A DNA stretch of 64,000 nt from a virus (Duplodnaviria > Caudoviricetes), in the IMG/VR virus record IMGVR_UViG_3300020438_000019, positions 16,894 to 80,893 of that record, one strand, 5' to 3'. A program made the translations under genes and the position numbers. Positions 20,401 through 28,200 of the stretch are shown one piece after another. The notes under the pieces were generated by a model that was given only the letters and a program-made list of their open reading frames with translations, did no database searches and was not told where the DNA came from. The number at the start of each line of letters is the position of its first letter. The first letter of the stretch is position 1.

Positions 20401-21861
20401 GGAACCAATCCTCCAGAAAGCACAGTACTATACACATATATTGGTGCTGGTATCGAGAAGCACACCGAGAGATGGATTGGTTCTGGATCTATCAGTCTTT
20501 CAGGTGCTGGAGTTGCATTCTATACACCACACATTACTGGTTCTGGATTTGCTACTCTATCTGGATCAGCACTCGAAAGTCAGACAGACGATTGGGTTGG
20601 ATCTGGATCACTATTTACTGCTGGTGGTTCTGCAGAATCTACAACTACAAATCCTCCAGAGGATACAGTTCTCTATACTTGGACAGGTGCTGGTACAGAG
20701 AAGCATACAGAGAACTGGGTTGGTTCTGGATCTACAACATTCTCTGGTGCAGTCTCCGATGTTCAAAGAACATTTGCAGAGACAGGATCTGGATCTCTAT
20801 TTACAGCTCTCGGTGCAGCAGAATCTATCTCCACAAGCGAGGTCAGCACTGGAATCTTCACAATCAATGGAGACGGTGCAGATTCAAGAGCAAGGATATT
20901 TGTTGGATCTGGTTCTATTACCATTTCTGGTACAGCAGCAGAAGCAACAGTTGTTCCTCTTTCTGGATCTGGTACTGCTACCTTCAGTGGAGAAGCATTT
21001 ATCAGATGGATCCCAAGTTGGATTGGTTCTGGTACAGCAACAATATATGGTCAAGTCACCGATGTTCAGATTACAAAACATTGGACTGGATCTGGATCCC
21101 TATTCACAGCAGGTGGTTCCGCAGAATCGATTACCACGAATCCTCCAGAGGATACGTTACTCTACACAGTTGCAGGTAATCTTGCTGAGAGCTTTACTCG
21201 TGCTCCATACATCGGATCTGGTACTGCTACCTTCAGTGGTGAATCTAAAAACATATTCACACCTAACAATATTGGTTCTGGTTCAATATATGTTGCTGGT
21301 ACTCTGGATGAAAGACAGACAGATCATTATCATGGATCTGGTACTGCTACAGTTAGTGGTGATTCTGATGACGCACGTGCAAGAGCATTTGAAGGATCTG
21401 GATCTCTATTCACTGCATCTGGAGCTGCTGAATCTACAACTGTTGATTACGAAGATACAACTCTATATGACATCTTCGGTCATGGTGCAGAAGCCTTTGT
21501 ACGTAAGGGATATGTCGGATCTGGTTCCTTCAGTGGTATTGGTGGAACAGTTACCGATGTTAAGCTTACACATGCTGATCCAGCAGGTGATGTTGACTAC
21601 GTTGTATCTGGTGAAGTTACAGATATCAAACGTACCTTCGGATACGTTGCACCTTACGGAACACTATTTGCCTTCGGTGGAGGAGTTGAATCTGCCACTG
21701 TTGACTATGAAAATATTCTTCTTACAACAATTGGTGGTAGTGCAGATGATAAATTCGTCAGATCTGCATACATTGGAGAGGGAACAATTACTCTCAGTGG
21801 AGAGTCCCTCAATGAGCTCAGAACATTCGAGCCACCATTCATGTTTGCAACGATAATATAA
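11494..21861 (+). CDS. giant acidic G/S/T-rich repeat protein (3455 aa), probable virion fibre/scaffold
   Basis: Continuous ORF with dozens of GSGSLF(S/T)AGGAAES repeats and DDYG modules; located in late tail-gene region. Confidence 0.8.
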   Translation: MNEYTYDSNTISLYSTESYGDVTVLNVTDDYGSIGDAPTNLEAESNLSQDSFGEVSISADHYPFGTATISGGSPRVSFSHGNFVADGTAHLASTALEGIRKFWVGTGSLFEMGGGMERSSAFWVGSGGITVSGTCEVTTTLDWNEFLFVPFTTEDLGAVDAVPSLLDFGGILDPKDGGEESWGFVYNTDDVRGATSYHKFSNAPWAEFNTYSFTTDRTGSGGLFAASGLSETKTSTELGDKTTLFSITGGEIYSQTSREVMSGNASFGSAGVEKFVHEFNDESGFTLDTADYGLVWYGFSETDDDGSIAEPKSGGEYDHGGIIWNNVEANTGTYELYGLYDIQGDGTYARYWDGEGSIHITGQDFTTNSPHWTASGSLFSAGGAAECRTDTIVGSDTTLFTWSGAYSDLKFQYHWTGSGSLPVTGGVAILRTYGYDDTATIGYSTQNWGSITDSPVDSENWGLVTEGWLSENWWYVWHEGVATSMGGFKVRTDPKVIHDSTPENYFDPTNPGLSATEGHNFDTYSFTWGHGFVQGGNLFGMGGASEAVGYQPVEDIALFTWSGAYTNLQATFREIGSGSISRIGGGAERVTFDYNESSIVPYSSDDNGLIIDAAVVVDQGNVADIQEGEDDYGSVLYSSVAYPLVGSYSITNLQFFGETYSFQRRYIADPVSIFTALGAVESKSTTELGEDTSLGDLSGSASHYVIFRETGSGAMSRIGGGVERVVFDYNDSTVVPYSSEDSGLVIDAATTDVDLGDVTEVQYGGEENYGLVTYTSTANSAQGTFTVSLTRELWTQEDIDKLNPEYTTKPYGTFPQVGDEKTQEEAGHLRFIPVWGQTGSGSLFSVGGASESVTVEPNTTGIFQMVGGDYYIGSMVATFAFREVGSGSMSRVGGAAESVTFDYNESSIVTFTTEDVGLVTDATNYQTDHFDDGSVALPQEAENDYGSVIYGETVYPLTGSIDIFTAPEWIGNTYRFVWRAPAGSGGIPTVGGAAECVSTTELGDSTTLFDIYTSPAGIGNTYSFCWNYTGYASVPTIGGAAESITYDYNENSIVVFTTDDSGLITDSATVFDDSTVITAPQSGGEYDYGWVFWTSTVLPVSGTLQSSGTSPSATVFRDPTQGGSLFSASGASECVSTTELGDATTLFDIYTAPAYIGNTYSFVWNAPPGTGGLFSLNGVAESISWAYNESSIIPYATVDNGLVVDSVTVVDDYGSVIESQYGGEYDQGQIIFTSTATPFGSLNLSLTRELWTQAEIDELPPTYETKPYGTFPVAGQEKTQEESGDVKYKPIWGQIGEGSLYSVGGAAECIAYQPTEDTALFDIFTAPQYIGNTYRYAWSYVGYYNLPTIGGAAESVTFDYNESSINVFSVDDEGNIVDNATVFGEYGDLNIQQGEDDYGTVIWTSTTYPLTGTLQTSGIGSEYVVFRDPTTGGSLFSAGGSVESKTSTEFGEDTSLGDLSGTGILSKTKDWVGSGSLFTALGAAESATFDYNESSIVTHTSDDYGLIVDASTTNVDQGNVADIQEGEDDYGSVIYTETVYPTTGLVTLTTAPQFINNTYSFCWNFVSDAGSLFSAGGAAESATVDWESTGLFDVFTASQFIGNTYSFVWNAPPGTGGLFSIGGAAESITWNYAPGPVLPFSTTDWGAVADATHPTNDVINYGDLGLFDEDTEDYGFVIYTSETVSNSGTYTLSLTRALWTQEEIDALNPEYLTEPYGTFPQVGDEKTQEESGDIKYEPSYAHIGGGTLFTAGGAAEAAVYQPTEDTVLFTAFTAPQFIGNTYRFIWNAPPGTGGLFSVGGCVESRSYVYNESGVVTYGTVDYGSVTDLTHPTNDAINYGEVALPQSDGEVDYGSVLYTSTTYPTTGTYVVDGAVTQSFSKGLYTGGGSLFATSGAGECVSTTEFGEDTSLGDLGGSGSQSRTVVEIGSGSIFRAGGAAECRTYDYDQSAIVVFTSTDHGLVVDSVVTSDDQGSVDTIQSGGEYDYGTVLYSANAIPVTGTYVVDGAVSTAFVFGNFTGSGSLFTAGGSAESSTYSPENDTCLYDIFTAPQFIGNTYSFVWNAPPGTGGLFSVGGCVEVRTYAYNESASQAFSTEDNGLISDAVTTTDDHGDFGYVGDDTEDHGQVWLGATNGAAANGFLTFGGEVFEIYKPAYAHTGEGSLFTTLGAAESFTTTEFGEDTSLGDLSGTHSIVRTFSEVGTGSIFTVVGGAESRTYNYDINLTAITFQDDNGSITDSATTIDDQGTVHPPQDGGEYDYGSIWIGLGSELWRSSDTVSASGFVHLGLISDTVGIARTFGHTASGSLFATGGAAEVVVYDYEDTTLYDIFTAPQYIGNTYSFSWQYSGSGNINSLNGCAESRTWNYSDTLPSALVVDDEGNVVDATTVFADYGDLGVRWGGEEDYGSNNTLAHPGLAASGTYTISGVANTPFVWREGCEGGTYLVSGEGIERPTTALTGEGTAYIYTAPQFVGNTYAFTWGHGFVQSGSLFSAGGAAESTTTNPPEDTLLYTFAGTRVSELRTYAESGSGSITLSGSGSELYTGAFEGSGTVTLSGTGAESKSFANFDGSGSLFTAGGAVEMVAVLEGGIGLWTYSGSGIEKHTERWIGSGSATVSGAGLEVYSRGTVTGSGTVTLSGTKAESFTPAPEIGTGSIFTIGGASESATVDWESTGLFNVIGSTHYNFSLRHIGSGSLFTSSGAAESTTTNPPENTALFAVGGTKAESFTPATHVGSGSITLSGAGSENYTGACTGSGTATITGEADLIYRVRYFGSGSLFTAGGAAESVTTNPPDSTSLHQISGTRVEKAVFREIGSGSISFSGTSPLTRYIPHITGSGTYTVGGACTFKVRYILGGSGNISTFGGSAEAVGTNPPEDIALFVWSGIGESQWSPSWVGQGSYFTSGEIPEPLITKHWTASGSLFSVGGAAESFSANIDGIGLYDISGAYSDLKATYREIGSGSLWTASGASESVGTNPPESTVLYTYIGAGIEKHTERWIGSGSISLSGAGVAFYTPHITGSGFATLSGSALESQTDDWVGSGSLFTAGGSAESTTTNPPEDTVLYTWTGAGTEKHTENWVGSGSTTFSGAVSDVQRTFAETGSGSLFTALGAAESISTSEVSTGIFTINGDGADSRARIFVGSGSITISGTAAEATVVPLSGSGTATFSGEAFIRWIPSWIGSGTATIYGQVTDVQITKHWTGSGSLFTAGGSAESITTNPPEDTLLYTVAGNLAESFTRAPYIGSGTATFSGESKNIFTPNNIGSGSIYVAGTLDERQTDHYHGSGTATVSGDSDDARARAFEGSGSLFTASGAAESTTVDYEDTTLYDIFGHGAEAFVRKGYVGSGSFSGIGGTVTDVKLTHADPAGDVDYVVSGEVTDIKRTFGYVAPYGTLFAFGGGVESATVDYENILLTTIGGSADDKFVRSAYIGEGTITLSGESLNELRTFEPPFMFATII
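13342..17718 (+). repeat. dispersed near-identical DNA repeats inside the giant gene
   Basis: gttgatcaaggtaatgttgctgatatacaaga(a/g)ggtgaagatgatta at 13342 and 16036; tggaatgcacctccagg(t/c)acaggtgga at ~14983, 16318, 16849, 17671; ccatatggtacattcccacaggtagg at 13921 and 16636; acaggtacttacgttgttgatggtgctgt at 17086 and 17485. Confidence 0.9.
18860..21856 (+). other. nested stop-free +1 reading frame (998 codons, L/V-rich) within the giant gene
   Basis: ORF track; about 30 +1-frame stops by hand count in the preceding 2.85 kb versus zero here. Confidence refers to the frame being functional. Confidence 0.55.
20127..21179 (+). other. nested stop-free -1 (+2) reading frame (350 codons, W/C/R-rich); all three forward frames open
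   Basis: ORF track; systematic synonymous switching (gca gaa, ggc gag, tcc gat, acg aaa) that avoids T|AA, T|AG and T|GA junctions. Confidence 0.6.
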
Positions 21862-21877
21862 CTGAAGATTTTGATGG

Positions 21878-21885
21878 TATAAATA
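21878..21885 (+). promoter_or_regulatory. T4-type late promoter
   Basis: Exact TATAAATA upstream of the 21913 ORF. Confidence 0.75.
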
Positions 21886-21912
21886 AAAGAAGCATAAATT
21901 CGAGGGAAAACT

Positions 21913-22122
21913 ATGACTAAGCAGGTACAGTTGAGACGGGGTACTACAGTACAACAGTCAACATTTACTGGAGCTCTTGGAGAATTGACCGTAGATACTA
22001 CGAAAATGACCCTTGTTCTCCATGACGGAGCAACTCAAGGAGGCATAGAATTTGCTCGAAGAGACGATGTTACTGCAGAAGTAACAACAAGTATGGGCAT
22101 GATGGCCGCCCTTGGTTGGTAA
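21913..22122 (+). CDS. small protein consisting of an Mtd_N/hyaluronidase-N-like tail-fibre N-terminal domain (69 aa)
   Basis: VQLRRGTT...FTGALGELTVDT...LHDG.T.GG motif; GAGG RBS. Confidence 0.75.
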   Translation: MTKQVQLRRGTTVQQSTFTGALGELTVDTTKMTLVLHDGATQGGIEFARRDDVTAEVTTSMGMMAALGW

Positions 22123-22211
22123 ACCAAAACCCATCAACATTAGATTTCATATAAAATGATCTGCACTGAATTGATAACCACTCATAAACAATAAAAGGGG
22201 ACTAAAAGAAA

Positions 22212-25200
22212 ATGGCAAAAACCTTGCTCTTTGATGCTGTGTTTGACGCATCAGCAAGAACAGTAACTTTGCATGGTAATAAGCACCAGCGAAGAATGTT
22301 GTTGATAACTAACACAACGGATAACCAAATTATCTATAATTTTGCTGACCCTACCAGAACTGGTACGTTTAGCTACGATACAACAACTGATCATACAACG
22401 ATCACATTGCTGTATGATACGACATCAATGTCTGATTCAGACACTCTTCAAATTCTTGAAGAGGATGATGCTGTTAAGATGGAACCGTCTGAGACATTTG
22501 TTGACGCTGTATCGAAGTTCCGAGTATCAAATCCAGAAAACTTGGTTGATACCGACTTTGAGTATGGACCTCAGGCTTCTAAATGGGAAACTATTCAGAC
22601 GATCAATAACATTCCATCGTTCTTTGCATCTACTTCAGATACTACTATCCCCTTTATCTCGAAAGTAGAAGCTGTTCAGGGTAACGAGCTTATTACAGTT
22701 TCCACGAGTTATGATCACAACCTTACAAGTGGTGTTCCTATCACAGTTACAGGTCTTGCATCGGTTACTGCAGAAGGTACATATATCATTCAGGCTGTAC
22801 CTACAAGTACATCTTTCACATATAAAGCAAGATCAGCTCAACCAACAACTAGAGAATTGCAAGGTGTATATACATCTATTATTCCAGGTAAGTTCTTCCA
22901 AGGTTCTCAGATCAGTCTAGACCAATCAATTGGTATTGTGTCTGACCTTTACAACTATCAGGTTACTGTTGCTAGTATCATGAAACTTGTAGTTACAGCT
23001 GCACCTGGTCCTGAATGGGTAATTGGTACTGTGATTTCAGGTGTTGGTGGTGGTGTTGGTAAGATTCTTCGTATAGAAGGAGTTAATCTATACGTTTCTA
23101 CTATCGGTGGTGCATTCGTAGACGGAGAAGTTATTACTGGTACTGGTATTGATACCATAGGTGGAACAACAACACTTACTCTAGAAGCTAGTGGTGGTGT
23201 TAACGCAGATGGTAATAAGTATCTTATTGATACTACAGGTGATGGTTCTGGAGAACTTTATCCAGCTATCTCGATGACAAGAAAAGGTATCTATACTTTT
23301 GACCAGTCTGATACTAGTAATACTTCACACAATCTAAGATGGTCTACAACTGCTGATGGTACTCACGGTGGTGGTTCTGCTTATACAACATATGTTTATG
23401 AGCATGGAACTCCTGGACAAGCTGGTGCATACACAAGAATCTACGTTAACAACGATACTCCTGCGAACCTCTATTACTACTGTGTAAACCACGCTAATAT
23501 GGCTGGTAACGCAGGTGCATCTATATCAAATGTTGATGTTACTGATGTATCATACAACCCAATTACAGGTGATATGGTATTGACCATTGGTTCACATACT
23601 TTACTAACTGGTCAAAACATTAAGCTTAAGACAGAATCTATTAAACTGACTTGTGATTATCACGGAGACGGAAACACAACCGTTAAGTCATATCCTCGTG
23701 CTTCTGGTGCTTCTACCTCTAATGGTGCTGACTATGTTTACAACCAAGCAATTCCTATTATTGCTAAGACTGCAACAACAATTACAGTTAATGTAAACGG
23801 TGGTCAAGGTCCTGTTACAGATACTTCTACTCACGTACATAGTGGTGGAACTGCATCTGGTGCTGTTATTGCTGGAGTTAATGCTGGAATAGCAATGCTT
23901 GCTCCTACAACAAACTCTAAGGTTTATCTAACCACAGTTTCTGAGCACGGATTTGCTGATAACACAAACTTCTACTTCATTAACACTGTATCTCCTAAGA
24001 TACTTGAAGTTCAGGATCCTACTTCTACTGCTCCTGATGGTCAAGCATACGTTGATACTGTACTGCAAGCTACAGTTAATAGAGATACTGATATGACTCA
24101 GTATGATCCATATGATTATGAATCAACATATACTCTAGCATTTGATGAGTCACAAGTAGATTACGGTAATAATACGATCTCATTTGATAGTAACCATGAT
24201 CTCAAAGATGGATACTCTGTACTTTACTATCCGCCCCCAGGAGCACGTCCAATCGGTGATTGCCGTAGGATGCAGGTATACTGGATTGAAGCAGTAGACG
24301 CTACTACGATAGCTTTCCACCATTCTCAGAGAAGAAACTATGGTCGTGTTAATTTAAGTAATACTTATACTGGAACATGGGATGGTAACTGGTCATATGG
24401 TAAGCATAAGATTGGACTATGTTATACATGCTACAGAGAATATAAAGGTTGGCATGAATGGACTACAAGAATCTATACTTACTACTGGCAGTGGGGTTCA
24501 ACCTATTCAGGACATGACTTCGCACAAGTTAATGGTAGTTATGGATTAGGTCAGCAAAACTGGGAGTTGACAGCGTTCTTCTCTTGTTCAAGGCCAGAGC
24601 GTGGTGGATATGGAAACCAGCATTATTACTATTGCTGGCCATGGAGACACGCATTTGGAACTTATTGGAAAACTTACGGATATCATCTACAGAGTCTACC
24701 AAGGAGTTCAAGTGAGCGTTGGCAAGGTAGCTACGACTTTATAACAGATGACGGAAACCGTGGTGTTAACACTAATAACTATCATGACTACAGTTATGGT
24801 TATACTATTGGTGGACTAGGTGGTCACGGTGGTAGTAAGCACTATTGGACATCAAGCTTCTATGCTGAAGGATGGTCTGGTGGTAACTACATGAACATAC
24901 GTGGTAATGAGACATATTGGTGGTATTATCAGGGATGGTATTCTCAAACTATTAACCAGTACTTTAGAGATATCTCTACTGATGGTGGACATACTATGTT
25001 CTGGATTCTTCTTAAGAGGAATACTTCAACCAATGATAGTTTCTACTTCCCTAACCACGGATTTAGTAATAACCAATCCGTTACAATGTCATTCCCATCT
25101 GGCGGTGAAGTTTATTACTACTATGACCAATATGGTAATAGAACTAATACTTCTAGTGGTACATGGTACATTGATAGAATCGATAATAACAGATTCAGAA

Positions 25201-28200
25201 TCAAATCAAGTACTGGTGCTGAGCCAATGAGATTGGCTGGTGTAAATGGACAAATTAGATTTACTGCTATTCTTGATAACCCATACAAGAACACCATTTA
25301 TATTGCAACTAACCAGTTCTCTAACAACGAAGTTGTTAAGTATACAGGTACTGGTGGAGCTATTGGTAACCTAACAAGTGGTAACTCTTATTACATTAAG
25401 ACTATTACTGGAGATAGATTCCAATTAGCAAGTAGTGTTAATGGTACTCCGATTTCCTTTGGTAATGGTAATACTGGTGCTGGTATTCAAGAGTTTGAGA
25501 ACACAACTGCTGACTTCGGTGTTGTTGATGGTTCTTACACTACTGTTAAGGCAATCTCCGAGACAGAACTTGAAGTTTCAATTCCATTCAAAGTTCCACC
25601 TTCTGTAAAACAGTTTGATGGTTCTTCTAATGACGTTGATACTTCAGGAGACTGGATCAATATTAACAACCACTACTATGCTACTGGTACTAGAGTTATC
25701 TACGATAACAATGGTAACAGCACTATCGGTGGTTTGAGTCACAATAAGGACTACTATGTGGTTGTTATTGATAACGCTCACTTCAAGCTTACTGAGTCAC
25801 TAGCAGATGCACTTGCTAGTACTAACATTGTAGACATCACAGGAACCTCTTCTGGATTCCACCAGTTGATCTCTGCTGCACTATCTGGTGAAGTTGGAGG
25901 AACAGGTACAGTTGCTGTTCAAAGTGGAATAAGAAGAGTCACAGGTACTAATGCTGCCTTCCAGAGATTCTTCAAGATTGGTGATACAATCAAGATTGTT
26001 AACACAACAGGTGGTACACCTGGTGTTATTGAAGGACATACAATTACTGCTATTACTGATGATGACAACTTGATCGTTGATACACCTTGGACATTCAGTC
26101 AGTCTGGTACTAACTACATGATTCCTTCTTACATCTATGTAAGACCTGATGGATTCTTCTTACACAGACCGTTTGACGGTGGTATGGAAATCGGTACTTC
26201 TAAGTCTCCGAACTCCAGAATCTCCAGACAGACTCGTAAGTACTTCCGTTACCAGTCAGGTAAAGGTATTCAGACCTCACTTGCGATTAACTTCACACCA
26301 CAGATTCCAATTATCAACTTAACATTTGCGACATCTGGTTCACAACAGATTCAATCATGTTCAGGTACAATTGATACGAATGTTCTAACAGTTGCTGATA
26401 GTTCAGTACTTGTTGTTAACATGCCCGTAACTGGTACTGGTGTTGCAACTGATAGTTTTGGTAACCCAGTTAAAATTGCTGAGATTGTTGATGCTACAAC
26501 AGTTCAACTCTCTGCACTACTAACTGCAACAATCAGTTCTGAGAATCTTACATTCGAGCCAGTTATAACTGCAGAATGTACAACAACTAAACCACACCAG
26601 TTGAGTGCTGGACTTAACATTAAGGTTATTGATTGTGATACTCCAGAGTTTAACACTGGTGCTAAGGCAACTAACGTATTAGCAGTTAATGATGAATTTA
26701 GATTCACATACCTATTACAAGAAACTCCTTCACAGTCTGTTGGTGCTGGATTCCCAACACTAGCTGTTCTATCTTGGAACGACTGTGCTGTACGTGCTGG
26801 TATGTTTGATGATCAGAACGGATTCTTCTATGAGATGGATGGTCAAACGATCAACTGTTGCCGTAGAAGCTCAGTACAACAGCTTCCAGGAACTGTTAGT
26901 GTAACCAAAGGTTCACAGATCATTACTGGTACTGATACTAAGTTTACATCACAGTTACTTCCGAAGGACATGATTGTTGTTCGTGGTATGAGTTATAAGG
27001 TCGTTAAGGTCGCTAACAATACTCAGATCACAGTTCAACCATCTTACCGTGGTACAACTAACGAAGATGTTATCATGACGAAGACAATCGATACTAAGGT
27101 TGCGAAAGCAAACTGGAATATCGACACTGGAGATGGACTTGGTAAGTCTGCTTACATCTTGGATGTTTCTAAGATCCAGATGTGCTACATGGATTACTCT
27201 TGGTATGGTGCTGGTAAGATCCGCTTTGGATTTAAAGATCAGCATGGACATGTTAAGTACTTCCATGAGTTCAAGCACAACAACAAACTAACTGAATCTT
27301 ACTTCCGTTCAGGTAACCTACCTGCTCGTTACGAGATTGAGAATGGTGATGAACCTACCTACGTAGGAACTCTGTTCCACTGGGGTACATCGGTTATCAT
27401 GGATGGTACATTCCAGGATGACGAAGCGTATCTATTCACTGCGTCTGGTATTACTCACAAGTATACCAACAGTTCTGCTAACGCTGCTCAGACAAATGGA
27501 AACTCTGCTATTGTTGAGGAAAGAGTCAACTGGTACTATAGAAGATACTTTATCAGAATCCCATTTGATAATGGTTCTTATGGATCAGTTCTAACGATTA
27601 ACACTAACATCTATGAAGCTTCTGTTTCTAACGGATACTTCCAAGATGGTAGGGTGATCGATACTAGATCATATCAGTCAGGATCTACCTATTACGTATA
27701 CATCAAGTATGTCGAAGGTACATCTGACTACTTCCCAAGAAACTACTACTCCGCAATCAACTCAACCCTAGGTAACCCTGCTGTTCCTAGCAGTACTACC
27801 TTCTCAGTTGGTGCTCCAGCTGGTAACGAGAACTTGATTCCTGTTGATATGCCTCTAATTTCAATTAGATTGGCTCCATCAGTTGACTCCTCGATTACTG
27901 GAGCATTAGGAGATAGAGAGATTATCAACCGAATGCAACTTAAGCTTGACTCGATTGGTATCTTGACTACACACGAGACAGAGATTAGTCTAAGACTGAA
28001 CCCTTCTCTAAGTACGGATACATTCGAGAATGTTGAGAACCCATCACTATGTCAATTGGTTAGACACAGTTCATCTGATACCCTTGCCTCTGGTTCAACG
28101 ATTCTATCGTTCAGAGCATCTGGTTCTGGTGCTGGTCAAACTGCATCAACTAACTTCGACCTATCGAAGATTAGTGCGTTGGGTAACTCGATCTTAGGTG

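Noticed and set aside
13342-21500. CRISPR-like array
   Set aside because: Repeats are coding, degenerate at third positions and irregularly spaced; no cas genes.
22122-22212. Stop readthrough fusing the Mtd_N-like ORF to the 2039-aa gene
   Set aside because: The ORFs are in different frames, the spacer has further stops, and the downstream gene has its own GGGG RBS-like motif.
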